DNA of 64,000 nt, taken from positions 76,622 to 140,621 of the forward strand of contig CAJUBU010000002.1 of the NCBI GenBank assembly GCA_910585095.1, given 5' to 3'. Shown piece by piece: positions 20,574 to 31,200 of the stretch (positions within the stretch are counted from its first letter, which is position 1; the number at the start of each line of letters is the position of its first letter). This DNA comes from an uncultured Lachnospira sp. Its GTDB lineage: Bacteria; Bacillota; Clostridia; Lachnospirales; Lachnospiraceae. A model generated the notes under the pieces. The model did no database searches and was not told the origin of the DNA. It saw only the letters and a program-made list of their open reading frames with translations. The position numbers were made by a program, and so were the translations under genes.

Positions 20574-22208
20574 ATGATTCAGTTCATAGGTAAAGGCGTG
20601 TATGGCGCTATTGCTATGGGGAATGTTTCTATCTTTAAAAAACAAGACACCGTTGTAAAACGTGTTCATGCAGAAGATACAGAAGCAGAAAAAAAACGTG
20701 TTATCGCTGCTAGAGAAGCCTCAGCACAGCAGCTTAAAGAAATTTATGACAAGGCATTAAAAGAAGTTGGCGAAACACACGCTCAAATTTTTGATATACA
20801 TATTATGATGCTTGACGATGATGATTATAACGAATCCATTGAAAACATCATTGACACTCAAAGCGTTAATGCAGAGTATGCTGTTGCTGTTACTGCCGAT
20901 AATTTTGCCCAAATGTTTTCATCTATGGACGATGCCTATATGCAGGCTCGTGCCGCTGATGTAAAAGACATCTCTAATCGAATTATTGCAAACCTTACAG
21001 GGGCAATTTCACCAGAAACGCTTTCTAATGATAAAATGATTATATGTGCAGATGACCTTGCACCTAGTGAAACAGTCGCTCTTGACAAAGAAAAAGTCCT
21101 TGCATTTGTAACTGCACATGGTTCATCTAATTCGCATACGGCTATTCTTGCAAGAAATATGAATATCCCTGCCGTTATAGGTGTAGGTGATGATTTTCTT
21201 GCAAAAATAAAAAATGGTGATGAAGCTATTGTTGATGGATTTACAGGTGAAATCTTTATCAACCCTGATAACGCAACAAAAGAAAAAATGTTGCAAAAGC
21301 AAAAAGAAGATGAAGATAAAAAAAGATTGTTACAAGAACTTAAAGGCAAAGAAAATGTTACTCTTGATGGAACAAAAATCAATATTTTTGCCAATATTGG
21401 AAGCGTTGATAATATTGGAGCCGTTCTTGTAAATGACGCAGGTGGAATTGGTCTTTTTAGAAGTGAGTTTCTCTATCTTGAAAATGCAGATTATCCTACG
21501 GAAGAACAACAATTCAGTGCATATAAAAAAGTGCTTGAAAGTATGGCAAACAAAAAAGTCATTATCCGAACACTTGATATTGGTGCAGATAAACAGGTGG
21601 ATTATTTCAAATTGAAAAAAGAAGAAAATCCTGCACTTGGATATAGGGCAATTCGTATCTGCCTTAAACGCCCTGAAATTTTTAAAACACAGTTAAGGGC
21701 ATTGTACAGAGCTTCTGTATTTGGCAATTTAGGAATTATGTTCCCTATGATTACAAGTGTTTCAGAACTTGAAAAAATCTTAGAAATCTGCAATATTGTA
21801 AAATTAGAGCTTCAAGCTCAAAAAATAGAATATTCTGATAATATTGAGTTGGGCATTATGATTGAAACGCCAGCCGCTGCTATCATAAGCGACCGACTTG
21901 CACCAATGGTCGATTTTTTCAGTGTTGGAACAAACGACCTTACACAATATACGCTTGCCTGTGACCGACAAAACTCCGATATTGAAGAATTTGTCGATAC
22001 ACACCATGAAGCTATTTTGCGTTTAATTGAAATGTCTGCTGTCAACGCACATAAGCACGGTGCATGGATTGGCATATGCGGAGAACTTGCCGCTGACACA
22101 ACACTTACAGAAAACTTTTTGCAAATGGGAATTGATGAACTTTCTGTATCGCCAACATTTGTGCTTAAAGTACGAGATGCTGTGCGAAAGATTAATTTGA
22201 AAAAATAA
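20574..22208 (+). CDS. ptsI: Phosphoenolpyruvate-protein phosphotransferase (Enzyme I)
   Basis: Phospho-His block GSSNSHTAILARN and a PEP-utilising C-terminal TIM domain (IGTNDLTQY). The ATG at 20574 lies 8 nt after GGAGG. Confidence 0.95.
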   Translation: MIQFIGKGVYGAIAMGNVSIFKKQDTVVKRVHAEDTEAEKKRVIAAREASAQQLKEIYDKALKEVGETHAQIFDIHIMMLDDDDYNESIENIIDTQSVNAEYAVAVTADNFAQMFSSMDDAYMQARAADVKDISNRIIANLTGAISPETLSNDKMIICADDLAPSETVALDKEKVLAFVTAHGSSNSHTAILARNMNIPAVIGVGDDFLAKIKNGDEAIVDGFTGEIFINPDNATKEKMLQKQKEDEDKKRLLQELKGKENVTLDGTKINIFANIGSVDNIGAVLVNDAGGIGLFRSEFLYLENADYPTEEQQFSAYKKVLESMANKKVIIRTLDIGADKQVDYFKLKKEENPALGYRAIRICLKRPEIFKTQLRALYRASVFGNLGIMFPMITSVSELEKILEICNIVKLELQAQKIEYSDNIELGIMIETPAAAIISDRLAPMVDFFSVGTNDLTQYTLACDRQNSDIEEFVDTHHEAILRLIEMSAVNAHKHGAWIGICGELAADTTLTENFLQMGIDELSVSPTFVLKVRDAVRKINLKK

Positions 22209-22214
22209 ATATTA

Positions 22215-22258
22215 AAAGATATTCATTTTGCTTTACTGCTTTCTCATAACCTTATAGC
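22215..22258. repeat. Dispersed intergenic repeat, copy 3 (diverged 5' part)
   Basis: AAAGATATTCATTTTGCTTTACTGCTTTCTCATAACCTTATAGC. The 3' half, CTGCTTTCTCATAACCTTATAGC, closely matches copy 1 CTGCTTGCTCATAACCTCATTGC. Lies in the ptsI 3' UTR before the terminator. Confidence 0.45.
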
Positions 22259-22272
22259 TGCCATCACAACAC

Positions 22273-22322
22273 AAGTCCCCCGTTTATATCTCTACGATAT
22301 TGAAACGGGGGACTTATTTAAT
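22273..22322 (+). terminator. Rho-independent terminator of the PTS operon
   Basis: 13-bp GC-containing stem AAGTCCCCCGTTT / AAACGGGGGACTT followed by ATTTAAT. Confidence 0.7.
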
Positions 22323-22355
22323 AAGGTTAAAATATCATTATCTTATACATATTAT

Positions 22356-22419
22356 TTACCTAACTGGCATAAAAATTACCTAATTGATTTTTAAAAAATA
22401 TAAATAATATGCTATACTG
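22356..22419 (+). promoter_or_regulatory. Direct repeats plus extended -10 promoter upstream of the LytTR regulator gene
   Basis: TTACCTAA occurs at 22356 and 22376 (period 20 nt). The proximal repeat ends 30 nt before TGcTATACT (22411-22419). Confidence 0.4.
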
Positions 22420-22455
22420 ATTTGGAACAAAGCTATTAAAAGGAGTGAATTTTCT

Positions 22456-23178
22456 ATGTTAATATACTTGTGTGATGACTCTGAAAGTGATATTCTCCGT
22501 CTAAAACACTATCTAAATACATATGCAAAACAAATGAAACTATGTTTTGAACTTGCCTCTTTTTCTTCTGGCAATGAACTACTTACAGTTTTTAAACAAG
22601 CAAATCAAAAACCAGAACTCATTTTTTTAGATATTTTTATGGCAAATCTAAATGGCATTGAAGTGGCAAGATATTTAAGAAATATGCACTATCAGGGAGG
22701 TATTATTTTTACGACTTCCTCCACTGAACATGCTATGGACAGTTATGAAGTTCATGCACTATATTACCTTCAAAAACCTTATAAACGCAAACATTTTGAA
22801 AATGCCATGACACGCTGTAGTGTTCTTTTGCAGAAAGCAAAACCATGCTTTACGTTCACTAGAAAGAAAAAAGAAATTTCTATACCATATGAAAATATTG
22901 TATTTTTTGAAACAGGTCAATCTCACACTATTTTTTTGCACACTACATCTGATGTTTATTCTTTTTCTGGTACACTCACGCAGATAACAGCGTTCTTCAA
23001 AGAAATAGATTACTTTCTTTCCGTTGGACAAAGCTTTTTAATCAATCTAAATCACGTATCTGGACAGATAGAAAACGACCTTGTTATGTCTGATGGCTCT
23101 ATTGTTCAGATTCCTTTACGAAAACGAAAAGATATTCTAACACTTATAGAAAGATATCAAAAAGAACTGCCTTTATAA
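22456..23178 (+). CDS. LytTR-family response regulator
   Basis: Receiver domain (LCDDSESD ... IFLDIFM) and a C-terminal LytTR DNA-binding domain. An AGGAG RBS is present. Confidence 0.85.
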   Translation: MLIYLCDDSESDILRLKHYLNTYAKQMKLCFELASFSSGNELLTVFKQANQKPELIFLDIFMANLNGIEVARYLRNMHYQGGIIFTTSSTEHAMDSYEVHALYYLQKPYKRKHFENAMTRCSVLLQKAKPCFTFTRKKKEISIPYENIVFFETGQSHTIFLHTTSDVYSFSGTLTQITAFFKEIDYFLSVGQSFLINLNHVSGQIENDLVMSDGSIVQIPLRKRKDILTLIERYQKELPL

Positions 23179-25821
23179 TAAAAGCAGTTCTTTTATTGTA
23201 CGCTGTATACCATTTACTACCTTATTCCACTCTTTGACAGCAAACATATAGATTTGTTCTATCTTTTCTTTGTCTTGAGTTCTGCCTGCCATCTCCATTT
23301 GATAGAAATATTCACCAAGAACCGAAGCGCCAATGCCCCTTGCTTCACCTTTTAACCCATGACAAGAAACTATCCACATATTCCAAAGCGCACTACTTTC
23401 TGTCGTTTCATATTTTTTCTTCTCACTTTTTATTATCAATGTATTTTCTTGTTTTATAATCTTTTGAAAAATCTCATTTAATTTTTGCTGCTGTTTTTCT
23501 TTTTGCTTGGCAAATAAAATAAGTAATTCTTTGTAAAGTGATATATCCATATCTGCATACCGCAATCCTTCTTGTGTATGAATACCATTTTGTTCTAACT
23601 GTATCAACCACTTATCTTCTGTTAATAATTCTTTTTCTGCATTTTCTATACCCTCTTTTGCCTTATCGACTTCCTTTTCTAAAGAAAGATAGCGAAACAA
23701 CACTTGTTCTAATTTTTTTGGTTCAACAGGTTTTGTCAAATAATCAGCAAATCCTTCTGACAAATACATCTGTTCTACTCCTTTTCCAGCATTGGCAGTC
23801 AATGCAACAATCGTGGTATCCCGATTTTTTCCGTTCTCTCCCTCCTTAATTTGATGAAAAACAGCAATACCATCCATTCCCGGCATCATATGATCTAATA
23901 AAATCAAATCATATTTTTTGTGAATACAGGCTTGCACAGCTGCTCTCCCATCTAGTGCTGTCTCTACTATAACTTTTGTTCGTTTCAGCAAATATTTTAG
24001 CACTTTTATGTTATTATTATTGTCATCTACTATAAGAATCGTTTTTGTATGAAAATCCAATAATTTTTTTTCTTGTTCATCTGTTATAAATTCTTCTTTT
24101 TTTTCCCATGCAGAAAAATCTTCTTCTTCTGCATCTATCCATGTTAATGAAACGGTAAACACACTTCCCTCTCCAAGTATACTTTCTACAGTAAGAGTTC
24201 CACCTATTACATCAACTAGCTGTTTTACAATAGCAAGCCCAAGCCCTATGCCATCTCTGCCGCTTGTATTGCTTCCACGCTCAAAATTATCAAATATCTT
24301 TGTCAATTCATCCTTTTGAATTCCAATACCACTATCACTAATAGATAATAAAAGTTTCTTATCTTTCAATGTTTTCTGTATTTTTGCTTTCAAACAAACA
24401 AAACCATTGTCTGTATATTTCATTGCATTGGATAATAAATTAACCAATACTTGAAAAATATGAGCCTCATCACCCATTTGATATTTATTTTCTGAAGTCA
24501 AACATTCCTCTATTTCAACAGTAAATACAAGTCCTTTTTTTTCTATCTGCGGTCGCATCAGTTCTTCTACTCGCCCTATCACTTCACTTATCTGATAAGG
24601 CGTTTTTATACTGGTAATCGTTCCATTCTCCAACCTAGAGGCATTTAATATTTCATCAATTAAGGACATCATATGTCCTCCTGCTGCTGCCACCTCTTTT
24701 GCATAATTTTTGATTTCTTCCTCACCGCTTTCACGAACAATCATTTCATTTATTCCAAGCATCGTATTCATAGGAGTGCGCAGCTCATGACTTACCTTCA
24801 TCAAAAATTGTGTTTTTGCCTCATCTGCCTCTTTAAACTTTTGTATTGTCAAAAGGGATTGTGTCTGGTCAACAAACCACAACATACAACCATTTTTTTC
24901 ATTATGTTCAATAATATCCTCTACACGTAATTCATAAACTGTTCCATCTGTATGGAGCAAATGTTCACCCTCATTCATTAACTTGGTGATTTCTGGATAA
25001 CAATCAATTATACTGCCCTTATGAATATTAGGAAATAGTGTATTCATTCTATGATTGACAAAAACAATTGTATTTTCCTTATCCAAAATAACTAACCCTT
25101 CATTTCCATGATTAAACGCATTATCAATAGCTGCATGAAGTGAATCAAAATAACTGTACCTTATCATTGCTATCATCATGCAAAACATGTTAAATGTCAT
25201 AGCAATTACAATTGGATTATAACTTCCAAAAACACCTATTCTCTTTAAAAGAAGCAATGTTTCTAATACACTAAATCCTACTATTATATATATAATTCTT
25301 TTTTTGTGCATAGGCGTACTTTTTTTATATTTCATCATACATAAAATCAAAATGGTAAACACTACTGCATCTAAAATAATAAAATGCAAATACCAAAGAA
25401 TACCATGACCTACTTTAATTCGATTATACATACCATCTGTCAATATCTCCATAGAAGTATAAAAAAAATGATGTTTTTGTGCTGTAAACACTCCTATAAG
25501 CACAAAAGTATCACATATTGCTTCCAGTCCATATACCCATAAAGGAATGTAAAATTTGGCAAATTCTGAAACAAACCATAAAAGTGCCAGCAATAAACCT
25601 GCCTGTCCTACATACTGTACACATAAACCAGATAAAGCTTCTCCTATGGTATCTGAATGCAGCAATTCTAAATGAATCCCCACAACAAATATAATCGTAA
25701 ACACATCATATAAAATAAATGCTGTCTGAACTTTGGAAGGCTGCTGTTTTAATACAACTACCAGCATAAAAAGCATAAGAAGAATGGCTATAATATTGAC
25801 TATTTCTAAAAATAGCAGCAT
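23173..25821 (-). CDS. Hybrid sensor histidine kinase: 7TM sensor, PAS, HisKA, HATPase, REC, Hpt
   Basis: N-terminal multi-TM region, H-box SHELRTPMN, G-boxes (DSGIGI, GIGLGLAIV), receiver (LILLDHMMPGMDG) and C-terminal Hpt (HGLKGEARGIGA). Confidence 0.85.
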   Translation of the reverse strand: MLLFLEIVNIIAILLMLFMLVVVLKQQPSKVQTAFILYDVFTIIFVVGIHLELLHSDTIGEALSGLCVQYVGQAGLLLALLWFVSEFAKFYIPLWVYGLEAICDTFVLIGVFTAQKHHFFYTSMEILTDGMYNRIKVGHGILWYLHFIILDAVVFTILILCMMKYKKSTPMHKKRIIYIIVGFSVLETLLLLKRIGVFGSYNPIVIAMTFNMFCMMIAMIRYSYFDSLHAAIDNAFNHGNEGLVILDKENTIVFVNHRMNTLFPNIHKGSIIDCYPEITKLMNEGEHLLHTDGTVYELRVEDIIEHNEKNGCMLWFVDQTQSLLTIQKFKEADEAKTQFLMKVSHELRTPMNTMLGINEMIVRESGEEEIKNYAKEVAAAGGHMMSLIDEILNASRLENGTITSIKTPYQISEVIGRVEELMRPQIEKKGLVFTVEIEECLTSENKYQMGDEAHIFQVLVNLLSNAMKYTDNGFVCLKAKIQKTLKDKKLLLSISDSGIGIQKDELTKIFDNFERGSNTSGRDGIGLGLAIVKQLVDVIGGTLTVESILGEGSVFTVSLTWIDAEEEDFSAWEKKEEFITDEQEKKLLDFHTKTILIVDDNNNNIKVLKYLLKRTKVIVETALDGRAAVQACIHKKYDLILLDHMMPGMDGIAVFHQIKEGENGKNRDTTIVALTANAGKGVEQMYLSEGFADYLTKPVEPKKLEQVLFRYLSLEKEVDKAKEGIENAEKELLTEDKWLIQLEQNGIHTQEGLRYADMDISLYKELLILFAKQKEKQQQKLNEIFQKIIKQENTLIIKSEKKKYETTESSALWNMWIVSCHGLKGEARGIGASVLGEYFYQMEMAGRTQDKEKIEQIYMFAVKEWNKVVNGIQRTIKELLLL

Positions 25822-25920
25822 TTTAATTACCCTTTCCTATCAAATTCATAAAATTTATCATATAATATCATTAATCCACTTAAAATAAAAGATTCATTAA
25901 ATATAACCAATTATTGCTTA

Positions 25921-25957
25921 CAAAAAAGAACTGTTACAAAATTTTTTTGTAACAGTC
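25921..25957 (-). terminator. Rho-independent terminator downstream of transketolase
   Basis: On the minus strand, the near-perfect stem ACTGTTACAAAA/TTTTGTAACAGT is followed by TCTTTTTTG. Confidence 0.6.
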
Positions 25958-26061
25958 CTAAATATCTTTATATTTTTTTAATACAATTATTTCTTAAATA
26001 CTATAATATTAAATATACACTTTACCATTGATTTTTTATTTAGTAAATAATTTATATTTGA

Positions 26062-28050
26062 TTACATAATGCTCTTTACAGTCTTTACTACATTATCCAC
26101 TGTAAATCCAAATTTTTCAAATAAAAGATTTGCAGGACCAGAAGCGCCAAATCCCTTCATTGCCATAACTGCACCGTCAAGTCCAACATATTTATACCAG
26201 CCAAAATCAGAAAGAGCCTCAATAGCAACTCTCTTTCTAACAGACTTTGGAAGGACTGCATCTTTATATTCCTGAGGCTGTGCATCAAATAAATCCATAC
26301 TTGGCATACTTACAACTCTTACATCAATTCCATCCTGTGCAAGTTTTGCCTTTGCATCTACTGCAAGACTAACCTCTGAACCGCTTGCAATAATAATTGC
26401 ATCTGGCTCTGCCTTTGATGAATCATCAATAATATATCCACCCTTTAATGCATCCTTTGAAGAACCTGGCATCTGTGGCAGATTCTGTCTTGTAAGCACA
26501 AGTCCTGTTGGTGTCTTTTTTGACTGAACGGCGTACATCCAAGCTGCTGCTGTCTCCAATCGGTCACAAGGTCTAAAGATAGTAAAGTTTGGAAGCGCTC
26601 TAAATGCTGCAAGCTGCTCAATTGGCTCATGTGTTGGTCCATCTTCGCCTACACCGATACTGTCATGTGTAAATACATAGGTCACAGGTAAGCCCATAAT
26701 TGATGTTAATCTTACCATTGGCTTTGTATAATCACTAAATACAAAGAATGTAGCAACAAAAATCTTCAAACCGCCATGAAGTGCAATACCGTTAGAAATA
26801 GCTGCCATTGCCTGCTCTCTTACGCCAAAATGAAGATTGCTTCCTGAATAGTCATTCTTTGAAAAATCGCCAGCATCTTTCATATTAGTCTTGTTTGATG
26901 GCGCTAAGTCTGCTGAACCGCCAATAAGATTTGGCATAGACTTCTTTATCATATTTAATACAGCGCCTGATATATTTCTTGTTGCTTCTGGCTTATCGCC
27001 TTTATCCCAATATTCATCTGAATTAAATAACTCAGACATATCATAGCCATTATAATAATTATCCCACTTTTCTTTCATCTCAGGATATTTTGCACAGTAT
27101 TCGTCAAAAAGCTTATTCCAAGCTTCTTCTGCTTTTGCGCCCTGTGCTGCCAACTCTTTATAATGGTCATAAACTTCCTGTGGTACTTCAAAATCACCCT
27201 TACAAGGCCATTTGATATTTTCTTTAAGGGCGGCAACATTCTCCTCGCCAAGCGGCTCGCCATGCGCACTTGCCTTACCTTGTTTTGCTGGACAGCCATA
27301 TCCGATAAGGGTATTAACCTTAATCAATGAAGGTCTGCTCTTATCAGCCTTTGCCTCCTCAATTGCCTTGCCGATAGCTTCCAAATCTGTTCCGTCGCTC
27401 ACTTCTATTGTCTGGAAACCAAATGCCTTAAACTTCTCTACAACATTTTCTGTAAAAGCAATATCTGTGCTTCCCTCAATTGAAATGTTGTTTGAATCAT
27501 AAAATACAATAAGTTTACCTAAACCTAATGTTCCTGCAAGAGAAAAGCTCTCTGAAGAAATACCTTCCATCATACAGCCATCTCCGCCTAATACATATGT
27601 ATAGTGGTCAACAACATCAAATCCTTCTTTGTTAAACACTGCGGCAAGATGTGCTTCTGCCATTGCCATACCGACTGCCATTGCCATACCTTGTCCAAGC
27701 GGACCTGTTGTTGCCTCAATACCTACTGTGTGTCCATACTCAGGATGACCTGGTGTAAGAGAATCTAATTGTCTAAAATTCTTTACATCTTCAATACTTA
27801 AATTTCCATATCCGAACAAATGTAGTAAAGAATATAACAACATAGAACCATGTCCGCCTGAAAGAACAAAACGGTCTCTGTTCTTCCATTCAGGATTTGC
27901 TGGATTATGATTCATATGCTTTGCCCATAACTCATAAGCCATAGGTGCAGCACCAAGCGGCAAACCTGGATGTCCCGACTTTGCTTTTTGAATAGCATCG
28001 GCTGACAATACTCTGATTGCATTAACTGACAACTCATCAATATTACTCAT
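26062..28050 (-). CDS. tkt: Transketolase
   Basis: Full-length match pattern: TPP-binding [12 protein letters not shown], and C-terminal domains. The ATG is at 28050 ([13 protein letters not shown]). Confidence 0.95.
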   Translation of the reverse strand: MSNIDELSVNAIRVLSADAIQKAKSGHPGLPLGAAPMAYELWAKHMNHNPANPEWKNRDRFVLSGGHGSMLLYSLLHLFGYGNLSIEDVKNFRQLDSLTPGHPEYGHTVGIEATTGPLGQGMAMAVGMAMAEAHLAAVFNKEGFDVVDHYTYVLGGDGCMMEGISSESFSLAGTLGLGKLIVFYDSNNISIEGSTDIAFTENVVEKFKAFGFQTIEVSDGTDLEAIGKAIEEAKADKSRPSLIKVNTLIGYGCPAKQGKASAHGEPLGEENVAALKENIKWPCKGDFEVPQEVYDHYKELAAQGAKAEEAWNKLFDEYCAKYPEMKEKWDNYYNGYDMSELFNSDEYWDKGDKPEATRNISGAVLNMIKKSMPNLIGGSADLAPSNKTNMKDAGDFSKNDYSGSNLHFGVREQAMAAISNGIALHGGLKIFVATFFVFSDYTKPMVRLTSIMGLPVTYVFTHDSIGVGEDGPTHEPIEQLAAFRALPNFTIFRPCDRLETAAAWMYAVQSKKTPTGLVLTRQNLPQMPGSSKDALKGGYIIDDSSKAEPDAIIIASGSEVSLAVDAKAKLAQDGIDVRVVSMPSMDLFDAQPQEYKDAVLPKSVRKRVAIEALSDFGWYKYVGLDGAVMAMKGFGASGPANLLFEKFGFTVDNVVKTVKSIM

Positions 28051-28292
28051 AACAATTCCCATCCTTAAAATTATCTTTTTATGTCATTCTATAACATAAA
28101 TTTACAGTATGCAATACTTTTATAAAATATTTTTATAAAAGTTTTTATTCCCAAATTTGCACTACAAAATAATTTATAAAAAATAGTTTTAATCTATGCT
28201 AAATTTTTTATCTTATCAAATAAATCCACTTCAATATTGTAGAGATATAAGCAAAAAGGTATGGCTTGCGTATAACAGCTAAATACTTTTAT

Positions 28293-31200
28293 TTAATCCT
28301 TAAAATCTGCCTCAGATAAAAAGAAAATATCCCCTTGCTCGCCACGTTTTTTCTTTACGCCGCCAAAAAATCGCCTTGCAGCTCTTTTTTCTGAATGTGC
28401 AATTGCCTTATTAATAATCTCTTTTATATCATCCAACTTAATATTGTCGGTCATAGAATGCAGTTCATTAATTTTAAGATATAATGCCAACAACGCATCA
28501 TCATCTACTTCATATTGACGCTTGCGTGCAAATTTTCTTGCCATCTCAACCAATTCATTAACCGTGTATTGTTTTAAAACAATTCTGTGATTAAACATAT
28601 TGACTAAATCTGGATTAAAATTTAACAACACATTCATCTGTGCATCGGAATCTTCAAAAATCACTATCATTCTTCCAGTATTTTGTTCCAGACAATCCAT
28701 CAATTCCTCAATACGCTTTGGCTGAATAGAACCTGCTCCCTCTACAATCAGCACTGTTCCACGCAGCTTTGACATCGCTTTTGCAATTCCCCTATGATTG
28801 ATACTGTCACCTGTTGTCTTTGCAATCTTTTTAGGTACTTCTGGATACAAATAATTTAATGCTCTTACTATATTTCTTGCTAAATCGGTCTTATCAGAAC
28901 TTGAATTTCCTGTGATAAGAATATTGCCAACGCTAGAATCAACCATATTCATCTCATCATCAATCGATGCAAAATAAGCTGCAAGTTGGCTCTCTATTCC
29001 TGGCATTTCTCTATATTTTCTAAATATCTTTGCCAATTCACCCTCAAGCTTGAGATTTTCTGCAAACTCTCCTTCCTCATATTCGTCTATTGATTCAACT
29101 AACTGTGGTCTTCTTATTTTTCTGCTTTCGTCAGAAAATGATTCTGATGACAAATCTCTTTCTACAAATTGTTCTTCTAAATAGGATTCATTTGAAAGCT
29201 GTTCTTGTAAAACACTTTCTTCTACAAATTGTTCTTCTGAAATATATTCTTCTGAAATCTGCTCATTTAATGATTCTTCCGTTGGAAATTGTTTGTTAGA
29301 AAATCCTTCGTCAACTTGCTGTTTATCAAAATCATCATTATCCAAAACACTTTGCTTTTGTACTAAATCATCTTCAATTTGTTCATTTTTATTTAAAGAT
29401 TCATTAGTAGTATTTTGACTTTGTTTTTCTAATTCCTTTGTAACATATTTGCGTAAAAGTTCATCAGAAACAACTTGCATTTGGATTGTATGTAATAAAA
29501 CTTCGGAAATTTCTTCCTCTGAAATTTTATCTGTATTATTACTTATTTTCTTTGTTTTTGCGCCAGCAGAATCTATTGTATTGACATCTACGAACTTATC
29601 AATCGTTCCATTAGATTCTATTTGTTTAATACTTTCTTTTATATTTTCTTGAATATAAGGTGAATGAATAAGCCTTATAATTTCATCTTCAAGACTGCGT
29701 GTTGCTTTTCCTGTTCGGAAAGCTAAATCCGTTTTTACCGAATCCACTAACATCTGAATATACTCTTTTTTCTTAGCATCATCAAAATCAATATCTGTAG
29801 AATTTTGTGCCTCTTGTTTTTGTTTTTTCATCAACATTTCATAAGCAGCACTCTTTTCATCTTTCTCCTCAAGCATACGCATTAATTCTTGCTTAGAAAA
29901 CTCTCTTGTACTTTGCTGTCCATATTTTTGTTCTCTTACAGATTCCATCCAATCTGCAAGATTCATCTGCCCTTCAATCTGTTCATTATCACTATAGCCT
30001 TCTAAATTAGAATCTTCTTCTTTGTTTGATGGCGTTATATTGGGTCTTAACTTTTCAATATCATCGTCCAAAAATTCTGCTAAAGTTTGAGCAATCGTTT
30101 CTTGAAGGTTTTGTGTATCATAAATATTATCGTCTGGCATCTTTACCTCTTCGATAACCATTTTATCCTCTCGTTCCCTCATCAACTGCTCTTGCTTTTC
30201 ACGTTCTTTTTTTATACGCTCTTGCTCATGTTCCTTATTCATTTCATTATAGCTGGTATCAATACTTTTTCTTGCATTTGAAATCAACTTCATTAAAGAT
30301 TCTGGAATTTCTCCTGTATCTTTTTTAACCGTCGATTTTACATTTTCTTGATTCTGCAAAATATCGCTTTCTACTGCTATAGTCGTCTGCTGATGCTCCT
30401 GCGTTTTTATTTGTTCTTGTTCATGATTTTTGTTTAAATCACTAATATTATTAGAATGATTCATTTTATCGGAATCATTAACTATACTTGAACCACTCAT
30501 TCTATCAAAATGATTTGTTTCTTCATTTATATTATTTATCTTTTCATTATCAACATATTTATTGTTTTCACTTATATGTGCTTGTGAATCAACATCTGTT
30601 ATCTCAGATTTTTCTTCTTTTTCAGGCAGCTCAAATGTTTCTAATTCTTCTGGCTGCTGTTCCTTCATCCGTTTTTCTTCAGACTCACGAACCTTTGCTA
30701 AAACAAATTCTCTAAGATTATATGTCACATTACTATTTGCTGTATCTGCTTTTTCTTTGACATCTTCTTTTTCTGTTTTATTATCAATTTTATTATCCAT
30801 AAAAGGATTTTTCTTTTGAGATTTGTCTTTTGTCGACTCACTGTTTTGTTCATTCTCATAAATATCAATAGCTTCTTTTGGCAATGGTTTAGAAGCTGGT
30901 TTTGAAAAAAGTCCAAGCAATCCCCTGCTTTTCTTTTCATCTTCTTCTAAAACTTCGTCAATATCATCATGCTGCATTCTTGTCAGTTCAGATTGCTGTT
31001 CAAATAGTAAATCTCTTGATATTTTTGAATCTTTCTTTTTTGCTTGCTCAAGCTGTTTTGTTTGATGTTTTGTCAATTCTCCGCCGACTTTACTTTTAAG
31101 CAACATTGCTTTCTCAACATATTTTCCATCTTGAAACAATAAAGCTAATTCATCACAAGCCTCAATACATTCATTTGTCCTGCCTGTTTTTGAGTATAAC

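Noticed and set aside
20244-20669. Antisense or overlapping ORFs inside well-supported genes. Examples are 20244-20669(-), 32364-32807(+), 40368-40691(-), 49449-49880(+) and 50625-51077(+), plus many ORFs of 60-150 aa in the track.
   Set aside because: They lie entirely within, or antisense to, long ORFs that have clear family motifs. They have skewed low-complexity or repeat-shadow composition, lack RBSs and show no family motif. I treat them as frame shadows.
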